Below are positions 34,319-43,535 of a stretch of 64,000 nt of DNA, in pieces. Numbering within the stretch: the first letter of the stretch is position 1; each line of letters opens with the position of its first letter. Made by a program: the position numbers and the translations under genes. The notes below the pieces were generated by a model. The model saw only the letters and a list, made by a program, of their open reading frames with translations. It had not been told where the DNA came from and ran no database searches. Source of the stretch: a virus; the IMG/VR virus record IMGVR_UViG_3300043436_001870, positions 1 to 64,000 of that record. The stretch is one strand, 5' to 3'.

Positions 34319-34846
34319 ATGTTGAGTACAGTAAAAAAAACAGAAGACAAAAAAAAGATTTATCAAGAACTAAAAGATTATCATCAACCATTATTTACAG
34401 CATTAGGAATTGAGGAGCCTTTTTATGTTACATCTATGGCATATAAGCCAATAGGTAAGACAGAAAAGTACATCAGTCTATTTCCTAGTCAAATGAAAAG
34501 AGGTGTAGATATCTACACTGAGTTTACAAACAAAGAACTAAAGCCAGAAGATCCAGCACGTACTCTTTATAAGTGGAGATTCAATCCACATTGGAATGAG
34601 GAGTATGAGTCAGTTGAGATTGAAGGTAGTACAGATTCACGTTATCTTGTACCAGTTGCAGAACTTATCTCTTTATCATTACCTGATCCTAAAAGTAAGG
34701 GAGTGGTAACATTTGAAAGTTTTGATGATATTATGGATCCTGATCAGGATTGTCCTATGGACCAAATGACAGCTAGAGATCTTGCTGCTATCTTGTTAAA
34801 GAAGCCAGTCAGTAAGAAGAAGTGGTTGAATGATCTTATCAAGTAA
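34319..34846 (+). CDS. replication-cluster hypothetical protein
   Basis: MTARDLAAILLKKPVSKKKWLNDLIK C-terminus. Confidence 0.6.
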   Translation: MLSTVKKTEDKKKIYQELKDYHQPLFTALGIEEPFYVTSMAYKPIGKTEKYISLFPSQMKRGVDIYTEFTNKELKPEDPARTLYKWRFNPHWNEEYESVEIEGSTDSRYLVPVAELISLSLPDPKSKGVVTFESFDDIMDPDQDCPMDQMTARDLAAILLKKPVSKKKWLNDLIK

Positions 34847-34865
34847 AATTAATTAGTTATTTATT

Positions 34866-35609
34866 ATGGATATTATACTTCCCAAAAAGAAGGTACCCAT
34901 GGCATCTACAAGCCCTGAGAACCTGATCATTTTTAGTAAGCCTAAAGTAGGTAAGACAAGTCTATTTGCTGCTCTTGATGACTGCCTGATTCTTGACCTG
35001 GAGAAAGGTTCAAGATATGTTGAGGCATTAAAGATTGCTGCATCTAGTGTGGATGAGATTATGGCTATTGGTAAACAAATCAAAGCTGAAGGATTCCCTT
35101 ACAAGTATGTAGCAGTAGATACTGTTACTGCATTAGAAGAGATGTGTATTCCTCTTGCTGAGCAATTGTATTCACAGTCTGCTCAAGGTAAGAACTGGTT
35201 TACAGAAGGTAAGCTAAAGTATGGTAGTATCTTGAATATGCCGCAAGGTGCCGGCTATCCCTGGTTAAGGGAAGCCATGACTAAGGTTACTAACTATATC
35301 AAGCTATGGGCTCCTAGAGTAATCTTCTCTGGTCACGTAAAGGACATCCTTTTAGAGAAGAATGGTACTGAGTTTTCAGCAATGGACCTGGATCTTACAG
35401 GTAAACTTAAGAGGATAATGACCTCACAATCAGATGCTATTGGGTATTTGTACCGTAAAGGAGATACTAACATCCTTAGTTTTAAGACTAAAGATGATGT
35501 ATCTTGTGGTGCAAGGCCAGAGCATTTGCGTAATAAAGAATTTGAAATTTCAAAGATTAACCCAGACGGTCAAATAGTAGTTGACTGGTCACAAATTTTC
35601 ATCGATTAA
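34866..35609 (+). CDS. AAA_24/Sak4-like P-loop ATPase
   Basis: SKPKVGKTS, DLEKG, VAVDTVT, SDAIGY. Confidence 0.8.
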   Translation: MDIILPKKKVPMASTSPENLIIFSKPKVGKTSLFAALDDCLILDLEKGSRYVEALKIAASSVDEIMAIGKQIKAEGFPYKYVAVDTVTALEEMCIPLAEQLYSQSAQGKNWFTEGKLKYGSILNMPQGAGYPWLREAMTKVTNYIKLWAPRVIFSGHVKDILLEKNGTEFSAMDLDLTGKLKRIMTSQSDAIGYLYRKGDTNILSFKTKDDVSCGARPEHLRNKEFEISKINPDGQIVVDWSQIFID

Positions 35610-35619
35610 TTTAAAAGTT

Positions 35620-36321
35620 ATGTTAAGTACTAAAAACATCAACACAGGTGGTGGATCTTCTGTCCCCAAAACATTATCTCCAGGAAACACAGAGATTAAA
35701 ATTAACAAAATAAGACTTGAAACAGTGCCTTACAAGGCAGATGGTTATCATCTTATCCTAGAAGCTGAAGGTCCTGATATGGGTCCTGATTATCAAGGCT
35801 TCCTTATCAATAAAGATGATGCAAGCAGTGGATATTACAAAGGTCAGGTAGGCCGTATCCGTATGTCTGAGTATGCATATGCTGATGGTGTCACTAAAAG
35901 AGGTGATATAATCAAACGTGATGAGGAAATTCTTGCAGCAATCAAGAAGCTGTGTGAAAACTTTGGCTGTGTTGAATGGTTTGATAACCAGGATGAGAAG
36001 CATGATACAATTGAATCTTTTGTTTCTCAGTTTGACCAGGACAAACCATTTGCTGGTAAATACTTACGTGTATGCATTGCAGGCCGTGAGTATAAAAATA
36101 GAGCAGGATATACTGCCTATGATCTTTTCCTACCAAAACCTTCTAGAGAGGGTATACAAATGGAAAGTATCAGTGTACCTGCAGACCTGTCACGTGTTGT
36201 ACAGTACAACGAAGGTCTTCACATAAGAAAAGCTAAGACACAAGATGTTACATCTTTTGGTACTGATGCTGGAGCTAGTGTGACTACCACTAATGATGTG
36301 GCAACTAATTTTGAATTATAA
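35620..36321 (+). CDS. putative single-stranded DNA-binding protein
   Basis: follows Sak4-like ATPase; beta-rich; flexible tail ending NFEL; start reassigned to 35620. Confidence 0.5.
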   Translation: MLSTKNINTGGGSSVPKTLSPGNTEIKINKIRLETVPYKADGYHLILEAEGPDMGPDYQGFLINKDDASSGYYKGQVGRIRMSEYAYADGVTKRGDIIKRDEEILAAIKKLCENFGCVEWFDNQDEKHDTIESFVSQFDQDKPFAGKYLRVCIAGREYKNRAGYTAYDLFLPKPSREGIQMESISVPADLSRVVQYNEGLHIRKAKTQDVTSFGTDAGASVTTTNDVATNFEL

Positions 36322-36323
36322 TT

Positions 36324-36356
36324 AAGGGGGAGAGAAATCTCCCCTTTCTTATTTTT
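36324..36356 (+). terminator. intrinsic terminator
   Basis: GGGGAGA-GAAA-TCTCCCC-TTTCTTATTTTT. Confidence 0.8.
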
Positions 36357-36362
36357 ATTACT

Positions 36363-37334
36363 ATGCTAAGTACTAAGGTTGTATGCAATATCAATGAGGT
36401 TCCTGTAACTTGGATATATGAAACGTATTGTAATCTTACTGAGTCATTGACCGGTCAAGATATTATGATGAAATCTATATTCAATCTTAATGATAAGAAC
36501 CCAAGTTTTTCTATCTATTACAAGAATGGAATGTATAAATGGAGAGACTTCTCAATTGGAGATGGCGGAGATCATATCAATCTTGTAAGGGGTCTGTTTG
36601 ATTTGGATCATGTTAGTGCAGTAAGAAAGGTCATGAAAGATTACCAGACCTTTCTAAGGAGTAATAGGGATGGTTATTCTAGTAATATTATAATTCCACA
36701 GGCTAGGTATTCTGTATCTTCTGTAAATGCTAGATCATGGAATAACCTAGATGCTGTATACTGGACTCAATATAATATTGATTCAGATACATTATCTAAA
36801 TTCAATGTCCGTGCTCTTGAAGAATATACTTTCTCTACAGATGATGACAGCCGACCTGCCATTATCAAAGGTGGTAACTTCATCTATGGTTTCTTTAATA
36901 ATGATGGTCAGATCATGAAGATCTATCAGCCAAGAAATCTTGATATGAAGTTCATTAAGATCCGCGATTACATCCAAGGTATAGAACAACTGGAGTATAA
37001 TCAACCTAATCTAATCATCACCAAGTCCCTAAAAGATGTCATGTGCTTATCCAAGTTTGGTTATAATGCTGAGTACATTGCTGTAGAAAGTGAAGGTGTC
37101 ATGCTTAGAAAAGAAATGATTGATATCTTTAAAAAGAGATACAAGTCTGTGTGCACATTGTTTGACAATGATGGGCCAGGTATAAAAGCCAAGCAAGCCT
37201 ATAAGACTAATTTTGATATAGATGGTATTCACTGCACACTTGCAAAAGATCCTTCTGATTCAGTAGAAAAGTTTGGTCTTGATAAAACAAGAGAAAATCT
37301 AACCCCCTTATTAAGAGAGGTATTAAAGAAATGA
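36363..37334 (+). CDS. dnaG: DNA primase (Toprim)
   Basis: DKNPSFSIY...WRDFS, ITKSLKDVM, FDNDGPG, KDPSD. Confidence 0.8.
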   Translation: MLSTKVVCNINEVPVTWIYETYCNLTESLTGQDIMMKSIFNLNDKNPSFSIYYKNGMYKWRDFSIGDGGDHINLVRGLFDLDHVSAVRKVMKDYQTFLRSNRDGYSSNIIIPQARYSVSSVNARSWNNLDAVYWTQYNIDSDTLSKFNVRALEEYTFSTDDDSRPAIIKGGNFIYGFFNNDGQIMKIYQPRNLDMKFIKIRDYIQGIEQLEYNQPNLIITKSLKDVMCLSKFGYNAEYIAVESEGVMLRKEMIDIFKKRYKSVCTLFDNDGPGIKAKQAYKTNFDIDGIHCTLAKDPSDSVEKFGLDKTRENLTPLLREVLKK

Positions 37335-37849
37335 AAACATATATTGGTATTGATATAGGTAAGAAGGGATCCATTGTGGTTCTTTCCCCAGAAGGTATCC
37401 AGACTCATCCTATGCCTATGATTAAAGATGAGCTTGCTTATTCTGATCTATTTGACTTACTTCAGCATATTCAAATGACTGAGGTAGCTAAAACAGGAGG
37501 CAATCCTCATGTAGTATTTGAGAAGCTAGGTGTCATCTTTGGATCTAGTAAAGTAACAGCATTTAGCATGGGTTACCAGTCTGGAGCTATAGAGATGATG
37601 GCTATTGCCTTAGGTATTCCTTACACAAAGGTACCTGCAAAACAATGGCAGAAAGATATGTTCCAGGGTGTTGATGTTATTAAGAAGACTGGTAAGTCAT
37701 CTAATGATACCAAGGCAATGGCACTTATTGCTGCTAAAAGATTATTTCCCAATCAAAAACTGGTATTTGGAGACAGAGCAACTAAACCACATGATGGATT
37801 AGTGGATGCTCTACTAATGGCAGAATATGCAAAAAGAAAAAACCTATGA
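37331..37849 (+). CDS. ruvC: RuvC-like Holliday junction resolvase
   Basis: YIGIDIG, VVFEK, WQK, DGLVDALLMA. Confidence 0.8.
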   Translation: MKTYIGIDIGKKGSIVVLSPEGIQTHPMPMIKDELAYSDLFDLLQHIQMTEVAKTGGNPHVVFEKLGVIFGSSKVTAFSMGYQSGAIEMMAIALGIPYTKVPAKQWQKDMFQGVDVIKKTGKSSNDTKAMALIAAKRLFPNQKLVFGDRATKPHDGLVDALLMAEYAKRKNL

Positions 37850-38217
37850 CAAAAGAACTAAATGTAAAAGGAATGTTCATTGCACTTGAACAACTAGGAG
37901 TACATCATATTGATATAGCTTATTCAGGAGGAGGAGATTCAGGAGCAATTGATGAAGTAAGATTTTATGATAAGGACAAAGATGCAATTGAAGTTGATTC
38001 TAACATAGACCAGATTGTAAATGATCTTGGCTATCATATTCTAGACAAACATTATGATGTTGATTGGTATAATAATGAGGGTGGTTTTGGAACTATTGAA
38101 ATAAATATACCAGATCAAAATTGGACTATTGATGGTTATATCAATGTACAAACTAGTGAAGAGGCTTTTGAATCAGGTTCTTTGACTGATGTTATTGAAG
38201 CATATACTAAAGACTAA
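37846..38217 (+). CDS. DUF6878-like protein
   Basis: YSGGGDSGAI...DWYNNEGGFG. Confidence 0.65.
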   Translation: MTKELNVKGMFIALEQLGVHHIDIAYSGGGDSGAIDEVRFYDKDKDAIEVDSNIDQIVNDLGYHILDKHYDVDWYNNEGGFGTIEINIPDQNWTIDGYINVQTSEEAFESGSLTDVIEAYTKD

Positions 38218-38558
38218 TGGCACATCCTTATGATCATGCAAGATCCTCTGCTAAGAAATGGGGAGGAGAGCCTGAAGAGTACATGCACATTCACAACTGG
38301 TTTGATGAAACAAAGTCCTGGTATGCTCACAGTACGCACAGATTATTCAGACATCATAGTGAAGGTATATTTGAATGTGAGAGGGTCTTCGGACCCTTTT
38401 TTATTAACTCTGTAGGTAAAAAAGTAATGACCCGGTATGTAGGGGAACAACATGTAAAAGAAGATTGCTATGGTTATATACCAAGTGCAAAAGAGTGGCT
38501 TCTTAATAGAAACAAGCCACCTGAGTGGATGATTAGAACTTTAAAAATAGAAGACTAA
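38217..38558 (+). CDS. DUF6915-like His-rich protein
   Basis: HPYDHARSSAKKWGG...HRLFRHHSEGIF...EQHVKED. Confidence 0.7.
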   Translation: MAHPYDHARSSAKKWGGEPEEYMHIHNWFDETKSWYAHSTHRLFRHHSEGIFECERVFGPFFINSVGKKVMTRYVGEQHVKEDCYGYIPSAKEWLLNRNKPPEWMIRTLKIED

Positions 38559-38989
38559 TGGAAGAAACATTAAAACTTACACCAGAAACATGTGATAATA
38601 TTTTGAAGATCATGGAAAGCAATGACCAATCTAATTTAGTTATTGCTACTGAGACAATTAGAAATATTAATGTTGTAGAAAATTTACCTTATTTGTTAAT
38701 CATGTACAAACAGTCATCAGTTACAAATCGTCAAACAGTTTTTCTTGATACAATTAAAGACAAGATTCAGAGTACTTGTAAGACAATAACCTTTACAGAC
38801 AAGGTAAAGGATCTTACATATAATAAGTTGTACTATGAATTGAAAGCTCATAAAGAAATTGATCCTGAGGCAATGAATTACTTCCTTGATAAGTTTTCTG
38901 ATAGTTTGTCAGAGGTTATGATTAGCTGGGGGTTCAGTTTTATGGAAGATTTCAAATTGAAACTTATACCAAGAAAGAATGGATTATAA
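38558..38989 (+). CDS. hypothetical protein with shared helical motif at N-terminus
   Basis: LTPETCDNILKIMESNDQSNLVIA. Confidence 0.6.
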   Translation: MEETLKLTPETCDNILKIMESNDQSNLVIATETIRNINVVENLPYLLIMYKQSSVTNRQTVFLDTIKDKIQSTCKTITFTDKVKDLTYNKLYYELKAHKEIDPEAMNYFLDKFSDSLSEVMISWGFSFMEDFKLKLIPRKNGL

Positions 38990-40181
38990 TACATTATCCA
39001 AAGCCAGTAAAGAACTAATGTTGATGGAGCCCTTTTATGGGCTCTTTCTTATTAGTCTTAACAAGGAGTTTGATGAGAAGAGAATACCTACAGCAGGTGT
39101 GTCTAGAAATGGAATCAACTATCAATTGTTGATTAATCCTACATTCTGGACTGAACTACCAAATGAGCATAGAATAGGTCTTCTTAAACACGAGCTTCTT
39201 CATATTGCTTTATTTCACCTTGAGTATGATAACAAGGGGAAAGATAAGGAACTTGTAAATATTGCAATGGACCTTGAGATTAATCAGTACATTGAAAAGA
39301 AATATCTTCCTGAAGGAGGATGCACTATTGACAATGAGACATTTGCTCCAATGAATCTGCCTATAAAAGCTGGCTGGCATACCTATTATGATCTTCTCCT
39401 ACAAGAAGCACAGAATCAGGCACAGTCTCCTATGGGTCAGAAGATTCAGCAAATGGTAGATGCTATTGCTAAAGGTCTATCTCAAACAGAAGATGGAACT
39501 CCTGTACCAGATCACAGCACATGGGAAGAGTTTGAAGGACTCAGTGAAGCTGAGAAAAAGCTTATTAAGTCTCAGATTGAACATAACCTACAACAAGTTG
39601 CTGAGCAGATAGAAAAATCTAGAGGTACAATTCCAGGTGAGCTATCTGGTATTATCAAGAAATTAAAAGAGAAAGAACCACCCAAGTTTGATTGGAAAGG
39701 TTATCTGAGAAGATTTGCCGGTGGTTCTCAGATTGTATATACAAAGAAGCTGAGAAGGAAGGATAACAAGAGATTTGAGGATAACCCAGGTCTTAAGATT
39801 AAGCAACGTAGACATGTTCTTGTTGCTATTGATACTTCACAATCAGTAAGTGATAAAGAATTGATAGAGTTCTTTTCAGAGATTGATCATATTAATGCAA
39901 CTGGTAGTGAGATTACAGTTATACAATGTGATGTAGCAATTAAATCTATCAAGGCTTATAGGAAAGGAGATGAGGTTACAGTTCATGGCCGTGGAGGCAC
40001 AAGCTTTGACCCAGTCTTGGAGTATTATAATGAGAACTTAAGAAAATATTCTTGTCTTGTATACCTCACAGATGGTGAGTGTTATACAGATGTCAATGTA
40101 AGAGGTAGAATGCTTTGGGTTATATCAACCCGTGGGCAAATAAACAAATCATTAAAAGGACCACAAATCAAGTTAAATTAA
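38979..40181 (+). CDS. DUF2201-type metallopeptidase-vWA protein
   Basis: HELLH, DLEIN; vWA MIDAS DTSQS, GRGGTSF, LTDG. Confidence 0.85.
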   Translation: MDYNTLSKASKELMLMEPFYGLFLISLNKEFDEKRIPTAGVSRNGINYQLLINPTFWTELPNEHRIGLLKHELLHIALFHLEYDNKGKDKELVNIAMDLEINQYIEKKYLPEGGCTIDNETFAPMNLPIKAGWHTYYDLLLQEAQNQAQSPMGQKIQQMVDAIAKGLSQTEDGTPVPDHSTWEEFEGLSEAEKKLIKSQIEHNLQQVAEQIEKSRGTIPGELSGIIKKLKEKEPPKFDWKGYLRRFAGGSQIVYTKKLRRKDNKRFEDNPGLKIKQRRHVLVAIDTSQSVSDKELIEFFSEIDHINATGSEITVIQCDVAIKSIKAYRKGDEVTVHGRGGTSFDPVLEYYNENLRKYSCLVYLTDGECYTDVNVRGRMLWVISTRGQINKSLKGPQIKLN

Positions 40182-40183
40182 TT

Positions 40184-41374
40184 ATGGCACAAGTAAATCT
40201 TAATACTGATGAACTTAAGAAGTTCATGAACCACATTGTAAGTAACAATCAGTATCTTCAAACTAATGGTAAGATTCCAGTAGCTGTTGCTGTTGAGGGT
40301 GAGGCTGGTATTGGTAAAACCAGTACAATTTTGCAGATTGGTAAAGAACTTGGACTTCAAGTAGTAAAGATTAATCTATCTCAGATTGAGGAGATTGGTG
40401 ACCTTACTGGTTTTCCACTTAAGGAATTTGAAGTAAAGAAACAAGGTGAAGACGGCAAGGTAGTTACCAAGTGGGTACCTGAGTCTTTGATGCCTATGTA
40501 TGTACAGAATAAATATATTCCTTCTGGAGAGAAGAGAATGTCTCATGCTGCTCCTGAATGGATTCAAGGTAGAGGAGAAGGTGGTCTTCTAATATTGGAT
40601 GACTATACTCGTGCTGACCAGAGATTCCTACAAGCTTGTATGGAATTGATTGACCGTCAGGAGTACATCTCTTGGAAGCTTCCAAAGAACTGGCACATCA
40701 TCCTTACTACTAATCCAGACAATGGTGATTACAATGTAAACTCTGTTGACATTGCACAGAAGACCAGATTCATTACTGCAAACTTGAAGTTTGATATTAA
40801 TTGCTGGGCCCAGTGGGCAGAGGAAAATGGTATTGACTCACGTTGTATCAACTTCCTATTGATGAATCCAGATGTTGTAAAGAAGGAAACTAATGCTCGT
40901 GCTATTACTACTTTCTTTAATAGTATTTCAAGCATTCCAAACTTTGAAACTACAGAATCCCTTGCTATGATTCAATTCATTGCTGAAGGTTCTGTTGGAC
41001 CAGAGATTGGTACCATGTTTACCTTGTTCATCAATAACAAGTTGGATAAATTGATGAGTCCAGACAAGGTTCTTCTTGGTGAAAAGTGGGAAGATGTTGA
41101 GAAAGAATTGTCAAGTATCATTGGTAGAGATGCTGCATACAGAGCAGACATTGCTAGTGTAATGGCAACACGTATTATCAATTACACAATTAATTATTCA
41201 AATACCCAAGATGTTACCCAGGCTATTACTGATCGTGTAACAAAGCTTGTAACCACTGAGGTATTCTCATTTGATCTTAAGTATCATATGTTAAAGTCTA
41301 TTCTTAATGGTAACAAGACAAAGTTTGCAAAGCTTATGATCAATACTGAGGTAGCAAAAATGGCTGTTAAATAA
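40184..41374 (+). CDS. MoxR-like AAA+ ATPase
   Basis: GEAGIGKT, LILDDYTRA, LTTNP, AQKTRF; start reassigned to 40184. Confidence 0.85.
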   Translation: MAQVNLNTDELKKFMNHIVSNNQYLQTNGKIPVAVAVEGEAGIGKTSTILQIGKELGLQVVKINLSQIEEIGDLTGFPLKEFEVKKQGEDGKVVTKWVPESLMPMYVQNKYIPSGEKRMSHAAPEWIQGRGEGGLLILDDYTRADQRFLQACMELIDRQEYISWKLPKNWHIILTTNPDNGDYNVNSVDIAQKTRFITANLKFDINCWAQWAEENGIDSRCINFLLMNPDVVKKETNARAITTFFNSISSIPNFETTESLAMIQFIAEGSVGPEIGTMFTLFINNKLDKLMSPDKVLLGEKWEDVEKELSSIIGRDAAYRADIASVMATRIINYTINYSNTQDVTQAITDRVTKLVTTEVFSFDLKYHMLKSILNGNKTKFAKLMINTEVAKMAVK

Positions 41375-41380
41375 TAGCTT

Positions 41381-42403
41381 ATGAAATCAATTCTAAGTGA
41401 TGAGCAGTTATCTAAACTTAAGTTCATCAAAAATCAAGCTTATGTTTGTCCAAAAAGGCTTGCTGTTATTGTTGGGCATGTTGTAAATAAAGATTCATAT
41501 GACCGCATAGTGTCTCTCCTTAAGGGGAGAGATACTATGGATGGTATTATAAAAGGAAAGAAAGCATATGTTCTTCCTGAAGTAACAACCAGTGTAAATG
41601 TTTACAAAAACTTCTTGAGAAAGAATGGATATGGAGTAACAACCAATCCTAAAAATGCAGATTTTATTGTAGGTAGTGGTGAGCTTGCATCAATAGGAGC
41701 TGTTAGAGACTTTTATATTGCTCATTTTTTTGATGGTACTGAAGTTTTAAAGAAATGTAATGACCATCTATTACCTTACTTTATTGATTATACAGGAATA
41801 GTTTCACCTGAAAATTATGAATCTATATTTGATAGACACAATTTATGTCATAAGGCAACAACATTATATAGTGAGTGTGACTCATCTCTTACCTATGTTG
41901 TAAGAGACAACATTATGGAGGTTATATACTGGACCCTTGCAAACAAACTTCCTGTTGTAAATTGTGATACACTTTTTGATTCTTTTGATAAAGTTATAAT
42001 AGATCAAGAGATGTATGAAACACTAAAGCAAATGATTAGAAGTGGTAGAGAAGATTTAGAATTGGCTACAGAAATATTGTCTAATTGCAATTTGAATAAA
42101 TCAGCCTACTATCTTTCAAAACTGACTGGTCACAGGTACTCTTTTTTAGAAAAAACTGGTAAGACTAAGATTGGTATAAGATTGTATGATTATTTAAATG
42201 AATTAAATAACATAAGCAATATCAAGCTTTTGGATCTATTGCATAAAGAGGATGTACTTACAGAGGATATTTTTAATTCTATAATTGAAGATGAGCTGTC
42301 TCAGTATCATTACATAAAAACAGAGAGTGTTTTGCTAACAATAGATCCTAAACCAAAGTACTCTTATCAAGAGTTCATTCTAGAAAAATCAAACATTGAA
42401 TAA
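41381..42403 (+). CDS. BRCT-like domain protein with shared helical motif (paralog 1)
   Basis: KKAYVLP...GVTTNPKNADFIV; IDQEMYETLKQMIRSG. Confidence 0.55.
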   Translation: MKSILSDEQLSKLKFIKNQAYVCPKRLAVIVGHVVNKDSYDRIVSLLKGRDTMDGIIKGKKAYVLPEVTTSVNVYKNFLRKNGYGVTTNPKNADFIVGSGELASIGAVRDFYIAHFFDGTEVLKKCNDHLLPYFIDYTGIVSPENYESIFDRHNLCHKATTLYSECDSSLTYVVRDNIMEVIYWTLANKLPVVNCDTLFDSFDKVIIDQEMYETLKQMIRSGREDLELATEILSNCNLNKSAYYLSKLTGHRYSFLEKTGKTKIGIRLYDYLNELNNISNIKLLDLLHKEDVLTEDIFNSIIEDELSQYHYIKTESVLLTIDPKPKYSYQEFILEKSNIE

Positions 42404-42405
42404 TA

Positions 42406-43518
42406 ATGAAACACTATTTTATTTATCCTCATACATATGATCTAAAGAGTCCTTTTGAGCATGTGAACAGTTCTAAAATAACTGGTTACAGTCTTGGTAT
42501 GTATCCTGACTTTAATATTGTTGAGTGCAAAGTATTTTCTAATAAGGAATTTTCAGAATTTTCAGAAACTTTCAAGTATAAACCTGAGGTTTCTGATATT
42601 GATTTTTCTGCACATAAGAAATTCTATTTTATGCCTGGTTGTACAATACCTAGATATAAAGTAAATGATTTGCTAGAAAAACATAATGCTGCAAGTATAA
42701 GAGATCCAAAAAAAGCTGATGTTGTTATTACTCACAAGGGAATTATTGATAGACAACTGAAGAAATGTTTCTTATCATATAAAAGTTTTGAGATAGACAA
42801 GAACACGTTAGATATTTATCTTTCACTGTCTAAGGTAAATGATTTTAAATTCTCAGCAGGCAGCTTGTTAGAAGGAATCTTACATGATCCTAATGTAAAA
42901 CTATGGGGACTTCCAAATACTAATCATCATCTAAAACTGTGTGTAACTGGTATTGCAATTCCAACAACATTTTCAAATGATGAGAGATACAATCATGGCT
43001 CTCTTAATCATATATTAAGTTTAGACGTAGATAATGTTCTTGCCAATCTTCACTTTCATAAAGCTGCTGATGAAAAAATATTATCTGGTCTTTTAGGTGA
43101 AACTGAGATTGATGAAGAAATGTGTAAGGGTATTGAAGATCTTTTGAAATCAGATAACCGTTCAGATGTTGCTATGGCTATCAATGTTATGGTCAATTCT
43201 TCTTTTGAAAAGAGTTACTTTAGATTAATGTATCTTGTTCACACATATTACCAAAAGCTTCATACAACAAAAGAAGCTTATTTGGTAGGATTCAAATCTC
43301 TAAAAGAGTACATAGGTTTCTCAAAATCTCATCTAAGTCGTAAGAATGGTATGCATCACATTGATCATGTAATCAAAGCAGCTATTCAAAATGGTATGTA
43401 TGATGACACCTTCATGCAAAAGATCTATGATGTGTATCCTGCTGAGTTTGATTATATTGGAAGTAAGTATGTAAAACCATTAACATTCATGCTTACTGAT
43501 CTTGGTAAAGGGCTTTAA
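42406..43518 (+). CDS. BRCT-like domain protein with shared helical motif (paralog 2)
   Basis: KKFYFMP...SIRDPKKADVVI; IDEEMCKGIEDLLKSDN. Confidence 0.55.
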   Translation: MKHYFIYPHTYDLKSPFEHVNSSKITGYSLGMYPDFNIVECKVFSNKEFSEFSETFKYKPEVSDIDFSAHKKFYFMPGCTIPRYKVNDLLEKHNAASIRDPKKADVVITHKGIIDRQLKKCFLSYKSFEIDKNTLDIYLSLSKVNDFKFSAGSLLEGILHDPNVKLWGLPNTNHHLKLCVTGIAIPTTFSNDERYNHGSLNHILSLDVDNVLANLHFHKAADEKILSGLLGETEIDEEMCKGIEDLLKSDNRSDVAMAINVMVNSSFEKSYFRLMYLVHTYYQKLHTTKEAYLVGFKSLKEYIGFSKSHLSRKNGMHHIDHVIKAAIQNGMYDDTFMQKIYDVYPAEFDYIGSKYVKPLTFMLTDLGKGL

Positions 43519-43535
43519 TTTTGTAAATTTAATCT

